NCBI GenBank assembly: GCA_041694835.1
Contig: JBGFRZ010000084.1
Location: 1-17,798, forward strand
Reading direction: 5' to 3'
From: Ignavibacteria bacterium
Lineage (GTDB): Bacteria > Elusimicrobiota > Endomicrobiia > PHAN01
DNA length: 17,798 nucleotides
The first letter of the stretch is position 1. The number at the start of each line of letters is the position of its first letter. This document shows positions 1 through 7,005 of this stretch, in pieces. The notes beneath the pieces are model-generated. The model was not told where the DNA came from and searched no databases. It saw only the letters and a program-made list of their open reading frames with translations. The translations under genes and the position numbers were made by a program.

Positions 1-17
1 TTGTTTTCGTCAGAAAT

Positions 18-46
18 ATTATAGCAATTCCGGAGAGAAAATGCAA
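18..46 (-). promoter_or_regulatory. Putative sigma70 promoter firing leftward out of the window
   Basis: Minus strand reads TTGCAT (46-41), 17-nt spacer, TATAAT (23-18) preceded by TGC (extended -10). Divergent from tetR. Confidence 0.6.
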
Positions 47-122
47 ATGTTTTATCGTCGGATTTACCGACGAGAATTATTTCAAAGAACTAAAGAGGGT
101 TTTTCAACGCTCTCATAATAAA

Positions 123-159
123 ACTGACCAGTCAGTCATATTTGTCCAAAGCTGACCGA
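123..159. promoter_or_regulatory. Probable TetR auto-operator
   Basis: Inverted repeat ACTGAC-CA-GTCAGT (123-136) just downstream of a -10-like CATAAT (114-119), plus a second CTGACC half-site at 152-157. TetR-family genes commonly carry such palindromes in their own promoter. Confidence 0.6.
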
Positions 160-169
160 TAAGAGAATT

Positions 170-757
170 ATGGAAGGAAAAAATATAAAATATGAAAATA
201 AAAGAAAAAAAATAATAAAATCCGTCCTCAGGATACTTAATAAGAGAGAGTATCACAGTTGTCCCGTTGACGAGATAGCGAAAAGTGCCGGGGTTGCAAA
301 AGGCACCATTTATCTTTATTTCAAGAGCAAGGAAGAATTGTATTTCGTGGTTTTTTTTCATATGATTGCCCGTATCCAGGAAATTGCCAGGGAGGTTTTC
401 GATTCTAAATTACCGGCGTCCAAACAGATTTATTTATTTTTGAGAAAAGTGAGCACCTTTACAAAAAAATATAAAAACATCGTCAACATAATGAAACCCG
501 AATTAAGAACCATAGATCGAGTCACCCACGAAAAAATGCACCAAAAATTTTATGAGCTGCTCAGAAGTGTAAGCTTGATAATCCAAAAAGGAATTGACGA
601 GAAAGAGTTTAAACGGTATCCGCCGGGACTTGTAGCTGCGATGTTGCTTTCTTTCCTGCCCATAATAGCGCAAAAAGATAGCAAACAAAGTTTGATACCC
701 GGTGAGATATCCGTTAAGACCATAACCGAAGTTTTGCTGAACGGCATAAAGAAGTAG
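170..757 (+). CDS. TetR/AcrR-family transcriptional regulator
   Basis: N-terminal HTH signature VDEIAKSAGVAKGTIYLYFKSKEEL; 195 aa, helical C-terminal ligand domain. Confidence 0.93.
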   Translation: MEGKNIKYENKRKKIIKSVLRILNKREYHSCPVDEIAKSAGVAKGTIYLYFKSKEELYFVVFFHMIARIQEIAREVFDSKLPASKQIYLFLRKVSTFTKKYKNIVNIMKPELRTIDRVTHEKMHQKFYELLRSVSLIIQKGIDEKEFKRYPPGLVAAMLLSFLPIIAQKDSKQSLIPGEISVKTITEVLLNGIKK

Positions 758-832
758 TGCTCTGTCTTGCAAATAACTGTCAATACCGACGGCACAATCC
801 CACTTTGCAAATCCCCCTGCGCGCGGAGTTTA

Positions 833-1004
833 CCCCGCACAGTTATTGTGCGGGGCTCACCCCCGAATAAATTCGGGGGCTACATCGTTCGCTTCGCTCA
901 CTGTCAACGACACTGGTTAGTAGCGGTCGCATTACTATGCGACAAATTCCCCTCTATTAAGAGGGGTTAGGGGTGTGTTTGCGGGATAGCAATCCCGCCG
1001 CTAC
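833..1004. repeat. Cluster of REP-like palindromes, three with a GTAG foot
   Basis: Hairpins CCCCGCACA/TGTGCGGGG (833-855), CCCCCGAAT/ATTCGGGGG+CTAC (860-883), GTAG..GTCGCAT/ATGCGAC (920-943), CCCCTCT/AGAGGGG (949-966), GCGGGAT/ATCCCGC..CTAC (981-1004). Confidence 0.7.
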
Positions 1005-1027
1005 TATTCCCTACTGCCTATTTTTTA

Positions 1028-1396
1028 CTATCCCCTATCCCCTGCTTTAGGTCGCGGTCCTCTTCTGCCACCGGGTTTGCGTGGTGGGAACCCATACCAC
1101 TGCATATCTTCTGAGAATTTGCCAAGTTTGGACTCCAGATAACTCACAACTTTACCAAAAAAGAGTCGGTCCGCATGGTCCTATTTCTCTAATTCTTCTG
1201 TAAGTGACTGCTGGGCTGCTTTCGCTGCCTCCTGCTTGGCATCAAGCGATTTCCTTTTTGTAAGCCGGTCGGTGCATTCTTTCAAGAAGGCATTTTCTTT
1301 TGCATCTGTCTTTGCACCAACTTCCAAACCCGCCTTTAAACCCTACAACGAATCAGTTACATCAGCAAATGACCTTCCTACACGTGGTCGCCCCAT
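1028..1396 (-). pseudogene. Small coiled-coil protein gene (122 codons) interrupted by two in-frame TAG codons
   Basis: SD-like AGAAAGGAAG then ATG at 1396. One frame reads MGRPRVGRSFADVTDSL*GLKAGLEVGAKTDAKENAFLKECTDRLTKRKSLDAKQEAAKAAQQSLTEELEK*DHADRLFFGKVVSYLESKLGKFSEDMQWYGFPPRKPGGRRGPRPKAGDRG*; TAGs at 1345-1343 and 1183-1181. Not in the ORF track. Confidence 0.65.
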
Positions 1397-1434
1397 CTCT
1401 GCTCACTTCCTTTCTATTTGTGGACTTACGTTCA

Positions 1435-1552
1435 CCGCTACTATTCGCTATTTGCGGTTCCATGCCTACCGTCTCCCGTCTACCTTCTCAATTCGCTATT
1501 CGCTTTGCTAAATTGAGGACCGTCCCTAATTTCCCTAATTTCCTAATTTCCC
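1435..1552. repeat. Patchwork of degenerate short tandem repeats
   Basis: CTATTCG-type heptamers, CTACCGTCTCCCGTCTACCTTCT (~1467-1488, same family as the tolB 5' repeats) and CCCTAATTT-like units x3 (1524-1552). Confidence 0.6.
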
Positions 1553-1602
1553 AAAACCTTTATCAGGTGGTCAACATGTTTAGACACACTTGCTTCGAGG
1601 TA

Positions 1603-1632
1603 TTGACACCGACTATCTTCATTTTGTAAAAT
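1603..1632 (+). promoter_or_regulatory. Putative sigma70 promoter for pal
   Basis: TTGACA (1603-1608), 18-nt spacer, TAAAAT (1627-1632), ~45 nt upstream of the ATG at 1677. Confidence 0.55.
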
Positions 1633-1676
1633 ATATTAACATTTGTTTTGGAAATATCATATTCGGGAGGTTTTGT

Positions 1677-2162
1677 ATGAAGTTTTTATTTGGAAGTTTC
1701 TTGGTTATTTTGAGTATTTCATTCGGCTGTGCGAAGAGACCAGTTGTCAAGCCACCCGACACCCCGCCTCCTCCCGGTGTCGAAACAAAAACCGAACCCG
1801 ATATAAGGGTTGAGTGGGAAAGTATACCCGAACTAAATATGATTCACTTTGATTACGATAAATCACAGATACGTTCTGATGCCAGGGAAGTGTTAAAGAA
1901 GAACGCCGAGTATCTTAAGAAAAACCCGGATATAAATATTCTTATCGAAGGCCACTGCGACGAACGCGGAACCACCGAATACAACCTCGCCCTCGGACAG
2001 CGTCGCGCTCAGGCGGTTAGGGAATATTACTCAAGACTTGGAATCCCGCTCGGCAGTATAGCGACTATCTCTTATGGTGAAGAAAAACCGCTCGATTTCC
2101 AGTCGACCGAAGAGGCATGGGCGAAAAACAGAAGAGCCGAGACAAAAGTAAAAAGACAGTAG
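1677..2162 (+). CDS. pal: Peptidoglycan-associated lipoprotein Pal (OmpA-C domain)
   Basis: GGGAGG SD before ATG 1677 (better than the track start 1590); lipobox SFGC; IHFDYDKS, IEGHCDERGTTEYNLALGQRRA, SYGEEKP, KNRRAE motifs. Confidence 0.95.
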   Translation: MKFLFGSFLVILSISFGCAKRPVVKPPDTPPPPGVETKTEPDIRVEWESIPELNMIHFDYDKSQIRSDAREVLKKNAEYLKKNPDINILIEGHCDERGTTEYNLALGQRRAQAVREYYSRLGIPLGSIATISYGEEKPLDFQSTEEAWAKNRRAETKVKRQ

Positions 2163-2230
2163 TTGTCACTATAAGAGTATATAACAGTCGTCAATCCTGG
2201 TGCTCTGTGACAGAGATAGTCGCGCATTTT

Positions 2231-2499
2231 TGTAGTCGCCCATTTATGGGCGGTTTTGAATATAATGCTCGGACATCGGCTATCCCGCAAAGCGGGACTA
2301 AAATGCTAAAAATTCGAGCACTACGACTTAAACCTTTTACCACAGAGTCACAAAGACACAGAGAACAACCAAAAAGAACACTGAGAAACAACTCTGTGAA
2401 CTCCGTGCTCTCCGTGTCTCTGTGGTGAATTTTAGCGAAGTGTCAGTGAACCCTACATATGCTCAATTATCTGTGACACAGATATCCGTGTCGCAGAGC
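2231..2499. repeat. Intergenic palindromes and a long imperfect inverted repeat between pal and cpoB
   Basis: GTAGT-CGCCC/ATTTAT/GGGCG (2232-2252); TCCCGC-AAA-GCGGGA (2283-2297); CACAGAG-type units (2337-2363) facing CTCTGTG/CTCCGTG units (2392-2430); CTGTGACAC/GTGTCGCAG hairpin (~2471-2496). Confidence 0.65.
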
Positions 2500-2524
2500 A
2501 GTAGTTCCGCGCGGATTTTTTGCG

Positions 2525-3265
2525 GTGGCATTATTTGTGAATAAAAACCAAATTTCGGTTTTCTTATTTCTTGCTTCTTATTTCCTGCTTCTTACTTCTT
2601 GCGGATGCATAGCAACTTCTAGGGAAATAGTAGATCTAAGGGATGAGATAAATCAACTTCAGATAAAGTTGGGCGATCTTCAGAGAAATCAGGCTGACCT
2701 TTCGGAGAAGATGGATTCCGTCAATACAAATATGGTCGTGCTCTCCGAGAAGCTCGACGAGAATAAAAATGTAATGTCCCTCGTTTCCCAACGTCTCGAC
2801 GATGTAGAAGTTGGCATCACATCGAAAATCGGAAGAATGGCGGAAAAGTTCTCGGTTCAAGAGTCGTCGGAACCGATAAAACTCACCGGCGCCCTTCCGC
2901 CGAGCGAGCTTTATCGTACGGCGTATGATGACTTTGTCGGCGGAAAGTTCGACCTCGCGATAACCGGCTTTAAAAATTTCCTTGAAAAATATCCCGAAGC
3001 GACTTTATCTCCGTATGCCAACTATTATCTGGCCGAAAGCCACTACGCTAAATCCCAGTGGGAAACGGCCCTCGGCGAATTTGAGACCATCGAGAAAAAA
3101 TATCCTAATTCCGATATCATTGTTTCGGCAAAGTTCAAAAGAGCTCTTGTTCTGGAGCGGCTGGGGAAGTTGCCTGAAGCGATGAATGTTTTCGATGATA
3201 TAATAAAAAACCATCCAAATTCTCATGAAGCCTTGAACTCCGCCGAAAGAATGAAAAAGCGATAG
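2525..3265 (+). CDS. cpoB: Tol-Pal accessory protein CpoB/YbgF (coiled coil + TPR), predicted lipoprotein
   Basis: Follows pal; long N-terminal coiled coil then TPR motifs (LYRTAYDDFVGGKFDLAITGFKNFLEKYP, ANYYLAESHY, IEKKYPNS, IIKNHPNS); signal ends LTSCGC. Start may be GTG 2525 or 2537. Confidence 0.85.
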   Translation: MALFVNKNQISVFLFLASYFLLLTSCGCIATSREIVDLRDEINQLQIKLGDLQRNQADLSEKMDSVNTNMVVLSEKLDENKNVMSLVSQRLDDVEVGITSKIGRMAEKFSVQESSEPIKLTGALPPSELYRTAYDDFVGGKFDLAITGFKNFLEKYPEATLSPYANYYLAESHYAKSQWETALGEFETIEKKYPNSDIIVSAKFKRALVLERLGKLPEAMNVFDDIIKNHPNSHEALNSAERMKKR

Positions 3266-3862
3266 ATGGATTTAAACTTCCGCCGCTCTCTTGAGGTTTC
3301 CTTACTTGTCCATTTAACCCTGCTTCTTTTTACGTCCTTAGCGATAATAACCAGGAGAAAATACATAACGATACCTGTAGATTTGATATATTACCCTCCT
3401 CCTGCCGCAAAGGAAATAACGGAGCCCCCAAAAGAAGAAGAAATCACTATTCCAAAGAAGCCAAAACCTCCGAAGAAAGAAAAAAAAACAAAAGAGACGA
3501 AAAGAGAAGAGCCCAAACCCGCTCAGCAGTCACGCCCCCAGGCTTTACAACCCACAAGCGCCCTTACGACGGATACAGCCAAGTTCCCTTATCTGTATTA
3601 CTTGAAAAATATAAGGGAGAGGATCTCCGGTGCGTGGCAATATGGTGAGCCGGAAGAGGGTTTTTTAAAGACCGTCGTTTATTTTAAAATAAAAAGAGAC
3701 GGAAGCATAACTGAACCTGCATTTAAGGAAAGATCCGGGGATACCGTTTTTGACAGCCTCGCGATGAGAGCGGTGAAGGTGTCGGCTCCGTTTCCGCCTC
3801 TTCCCGCAGGATATGATAAAGATACACTTGGGGTTTACTTCGAGTTTGCATACAGAGAATAG
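3266..3862 (+). CDS. TolA/TonB-family energy transducer
   Basis: N-terminal TM helix with S-x3-H (SLLVH), Pro/Lys/Glu-rich linker, TonB_C-like C-terminus (YLKNIRERISGAW...FKIKRDG...SGDTVFDSLAMRAV...PFPPLP); directly upstream of tolB, so probably TolA in function. Confidence 0.85.
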   Translation: MDLNFRRSLEVSLLVHLTLLLFTSLAIITRRKYITIPVDLIYYPPPAAKEITEPPKEEEITIPKKPKPPKKEKKTKETKREEPKPAQQSRPQALQPTSALTTDTAKFPYLYYLKNIRERISGAWQYGEPEEGFLKTVVYFKIKRDGSITEPAFKERSGDTVFDSLAMRAVKVSAPFPPLPAGYDKDTLGVYFEFAYRE

Positions 3863-3863
3863 T

Positions 3864-5255
3864 ATGCCGGAGGGCAGAGGTCAGAGGACAGAGATGAGGG
3901 GACAGGCGAGAAACGGGAGACGGAAAACGGGAGACGGAAAACGGGAGACGGAAAACGGTTTTTTCACCTTCTACCGTCTACCTTCTACCCTTCTACCTTT
4001 CTTTTTACTCCTTGCCTTTTTTCCCTCGCCGCTTTATTCCCGTGATGTTTATCTCCAATTGATGGCCCACGGAAAAAGGCTCAACATAGGAATATCCGAA
4101 TTTATTCCCCGTCGAGCAGCGATAAATGAATCCAAGTTTTCAAGAGAGGCCATTTCTGTTGTAAGAAACGACCTGCTTTTCACAAAGATATTCAATATCG
4201 TAACAGGCGGGCCTCCTTACACGGGCGAAAAAGACGAGCTTAATTACTGGCGGCAACTGAACGCCGACATCTTGCTGACAGGCACCATTCTTCTCGAAGG
4301 AAAAAACGCATACGTATTAGCCCGACTTATCGATGTGGGAAGTTCATACGAGATATGGAGTGGGGAATTCAGTGATGATGTAAAAAATTTAAGAAAAATC
4401 TCACATTCAATATCAGACGAAGTGATACTGAGGCTCACGGGGGAGGATGGCATAGCTTCCACAAAAATAGCGTTCGTGAACGATTCAAGCGGAGCCAAGG
4501 AGATATACACAATAGACTACGACGGATACAACCTGCAAAAAATCACCAACGAAAATTCGATAATTATTCTTCCGAAGTTTTCTTCCGACGCAAAAGAGAT
4601 AATATACACAACCTACAGATACGGCAATCCGGATTTATACTCAATTGAATTTAAAACGATGAAAAAAAGAAAGGTTTCGTCGGTGCAGGGATTAAACACG
4701 ACGGCGACTTTTTCGCCGGACTCATCTATGATAGCCCTTACCATGTCCAGAGGACAAGCCCCGAATCTTTATCTTATAAGCCGCCATGGCGATTTTTTAA
4801 GACAACTTACATTTCACAAAGGGATAGACACGTCGCCGTCATTTTCTCCGTCTGGCAACGAAATTGTGTTTATATCAAACCGCCCGGGCTATCCCCAGCT
4901 TTATATAATGAACGCTGACGGGACGAATGTCAGAAGGATATCGACGAGAGATTTCTGCGACTCGCCTTCCTGGTCTCCGAAAGGGGACAAGATAGCCTTT
5001 GCTATGAGGAATGCCGGTTGTTACAACATATATGTTTACAATATAAGAGCGGAGAAAACCGTCCAGCTGACTTTCAACTCAGGCAACAACGAAAACCCCT
5101 CATGGTCCCCCGACGGGAGATTCATAGTTTTTACATCTACGAGAAACGGAAAAAAAGAGCTCTTCAAGATGTTTCTCGACGGCTCCGGACAATCAAGGGT
5201 GGCGGAAATTCCCGGCAGATGTTTCACTCCGAACTGGTCACCCCGGCTTTATTAA
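3864..5255 (+). CDS. tolB: Tol-Pal beta-propeller protein TolB
   Basis: TolB N-domain (VVRNDL...LTGEDGIASTKIAFV), KEIYTIDYDG, repeated PD40 motifs (PSFSPSG, PSWSPKG, PSWSPDG, PNWSP). ATG 3864 follows the upstream stop by 1 nt; ATG 3894 is an alternative. Confidence 0.92.
   Translation: MPEGRGQRTEMRGQARNGRRKTGDGKRETENGFFTFYRLPSTLLPFFLLLAFFPSPLYSRDVYLQLMAHGKRLNIGISEFIPRRAAINESKFSREAISVVRNDLLFTKIFNIVTGGPPYTGEKDELNYWRQLNADILLTGTILLEGKNAYVLARLIDVGSSYEIWSGEFSDDVKNLRKISHSISDEVILRLTGEDGIASTKIAFVNDSSGAKEIYTIDYDGYNLQKITNENSIIILPKFSSDAKEIIYTTYRYGNPDLYSIEFKTMKKRKVSSVQGLNTTATFSPDSSMIALTMSRGQAPNLYLISRHGDFLRQLTFHKGIDTSPSFSPSGNEIVFISNRPGYPQLYIMNADGTNVRRISTRDFCDSPSWSPKGDKIAFAMRNAGCYNIYVYNIRAEKTVQLTFNSGNNENPSWSPDGRFIVFTSTRNGKKELFKMFLDGSGQSRVAEIPGRCFTPNWSPRLY
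3871..4000. repeat. Tandem repeats inside the tolB 5' end
   Basis: CAGAGG(A/T) heptamers, three perfect copies of AAACGGGAGACGGA (3911-3952) plus a partial copy, then ACC(T/G)TCT heptamers (~3966-4000). Confidence 0.9.
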
Positions 5256-5300
5256 CTCGTCTTGCCGAATTTTTCCCATTATTTTTGTGTAAGTCGGTAG

Positions 5301-6767
5301 TTACTCTTCAAATTTAAGTACTGTAAAAATGTAGAGTTCCGTCGAAGGTTCCTTCCACGCTTCCGGGTCTAAACCCGCTTTTTGCTGGCAGAGTTCTGAA
5401 AGAAATTCCTCTTTTTTTGAAAAGTGCTCCCATACTTGTGGCAGGAAAAGTCCCCCTCGTCGCCCTTTTTTTATAAAAACCCCGTGCACATTTGGTTTTA
5501 TCGCATCGGAGGAAGATGCGCGTTTCATGGGCGATAATATGGAAATCTCTATTTTTGCTTTTTTAAATTCTTCTTTCGAAATTGGTGGAAATCTCGGATC
5601 ACTCGTGGCCGCCTCTATCGCCATATCGGAGACCGCCTCTATAAGAGGTTTTTGTGGAACGGTCGTTCCTATGCAACCTCTTAATTTCCCATTTATGGTC
5701 AGCGTCACAAAAACAGATGCATTCTGCCTCAATTCATCGTCTGCGGTTGAAGGGATTGAAATTTTTTTGCTGGCAAGGTGCTCCGAAATACTTTTCCTTG
5801 CGAGCTCCAAAAGAAATTTCTGATTTTTTTCAGAAATTTTAAATTCTTCCTCTTTTAATTCTCCCTTTTCACTTTTTATTTTTGATTTTTCACCCACATT
5901 GACAAAGGCGGCCGCACCGTATCCCACGACCCTCGAGCTGTCGCCGGAAACGTCAGATGAGTTCGAGTAGTTTAGAACTATCGCCGTCTCTGCCCCGAGC
6001 AATTTTGATGCGTGCATCGTCGTGTAAACCGCCTCCCGGCCGCACAAGACGCAGTCGAGATTATCCATCCCCTTTTTCATCGTTGCATCAATTGTTCTTG
6101 AAAGATGCTCAATGTCGAATTTTTCAATGGCTTTTAGCGCTTCAAGATCCGAGAGTCTTGCATCCCTGTCCGACGGAAAATGCGACATATCGCTTGATGC
6201 GATTAAAAGGGCTTTCCTGCTGGATTTTTTTAAGACAGTGACGATGTTTTCAGCGAGCTTTTGGCAGTCTTTGAGAGAAAATGTTCCGCTTAAAAGTATC
6301 GGGACTATCTTGAAATTTTTGATGGTCAGCTGAAGAAATGGCAGCTGCACCTCGAGCGAGTGTTCGGGATGGTGAGCGGATATATTCGCTTCAAGTAAAG
6401 TTGAGTTTTTTATAAGTTCGGCCGCCAGGTCCTCATCCACGTCAACCTTGCCGAGCGGGGTCAAAAATGCCCCTCGCGGATAGACGGCGCCTTTCTTAAG
6501 ATAGTAGTTGTGGCTGTTCCCTATTAAAATAACGGTCTCAAACATATTTTCCGTCAACATTCCGTAGCCATAGGATGCCGTTTTGGCGGAATATATGTAT
6601 GCTGCGTGCGGAACCATAAGGCCGATAAGAAGACCTTCCGTTTTTTGAGCCGGAACATTTGAAAGATATCCGAGAACCTCGGTTCTTAATTTTGTAGGAT
6701 TCATTGGATAGAACTGCCCCGCCACCGCTGGTTGTCTTAAGTCGGCTTGTGTTCTGATTTCGGACAT
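5301..6767 (-). CDS. amrB: AmmeMemoRadiSam protein B-A fusion (Memo-like dioxygenase fold + AMMECR1 domain)
   Basis: RQPAVAGQFYP, PHAAYIYS, EHSLEVQLPFLQ, SSDMSH, VVGYGA (Memo family) followed by FVTL...LRGCIG, DPRFPP, GLFLPQVW, KAGL (AMMECR1). ATG 6767 has a GGAGGGAG SD; ATG 6854 is the alternative. Confidence 0.92.
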   Translation of the reverse strand: MSEIRTQADLRQPAVAGQFYPMNPTKLRTEVLGYLSNVPAQKTEGLLIGLMVPHAAYIYSAKTASYGYGMLTENMFETVILIGNSHNYYLKKGAVYPRGAFLTPLGKVDVDEDLAAELIKNSTLLEANISAHHPEHSLEVQLPFLQLTIKNFKIVPILLSGTFSLKDCQKLAENIVTVLKKSSRKALLIASSDMSHFPSDRDARLSDLEALKAIEKFDIEHLSRTIDATMKKGMDNLDCVLCGREAVYTTMHASKLLGAETAIVLNYSNSSDVSGDSSRVVGYGAAAFVNVGEKSKIKSEKGELKEEEFKISEKNQKFLLELARKSISEHLASKKISIPSTADDELRQNASVFVTLTINGKLRGCIGTTVPQKPLIEAVSDMAIEAATSDPRFPPISKEEFKKAKIEISILSPMKRASSSDAIKPNVHGVFIKKGRRGGLFLPQVWEHFSKKEEFLSELCQQKAGLDPEAWKEPSTELYIFTVLKFEE

Positions 6768-6863
6768 AATATCTCCCTCCGGATAAATTATTGTTAAAAT
6801 TGCAAGAATAAATAAATTTCGTTTTCGTCTTAATTTTTCCGCTGAAAGATACATCCCGCCTAT

Positions 6864-6892
6864 ATGTTATAATAATACGATAAGGATGTCAA
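6864..6892 (-). promoter_or_regulatory. Putative sigma70 promoter for the amrB-amrA fusion
   Basis: Minus strand TTGACA (6892-6887), 17-nt spacer, TAACAT (6869-6864). Confidence 0.55.
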
Positions 6893-6935
6893 ATTTTAAG
6901 GATACTTTTCCTCGTTAATTTTTCTACCAGTAATT

Positions 6936-6963
6936 TTGAAAAAATCAGAAAAAAAAGTATACT
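6936..6963 (+). promoter_or_regulatory. Putative sigma70 promoter for the deoC-BMC operon
   Basis: TTGAAA (6936-6941), 16-nt spacer, TATACT (6958-6963); GGGGAG SD before ATG 7006. Confidence 0.45.
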
Positions 6964-7005
6964 TTAGTAATTGTGTCTTTATAAAAAATAAGATGTGGGG
7001 AGCGT

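Noticed and set aside
1028-1396. Genome-wide TAG reassignment
   Set aside because: Four well-defined genes in the window terminate at TAG exactly where their families end.
767-1629. Plus-strand ORFs 767-970, 1236-1511 and 1300-1629
   Set aside because: They translate palindromes, repeats or the antisense of the interrupted minus-strand gene; no SD, not protein-like.
1590-1676. Extended pal N-terminus from the ORF track
   Set aside because: Overlaps the predicted promoter; SD and signal peptide fit ATG 1677. Same reasoning moves starts to 3864, 13743 and 15116.
2072-2428. Small ORFs between pal and cpoB
   Set aside because: Read-through of repeat DNA (e.g. TTESQRHRE, SVNSVLSVSLW) with no start signals.
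3911-3958. CRISPR array
   Set aside because: 14-nt units are directly adjacent with no spacers; no cas genes.
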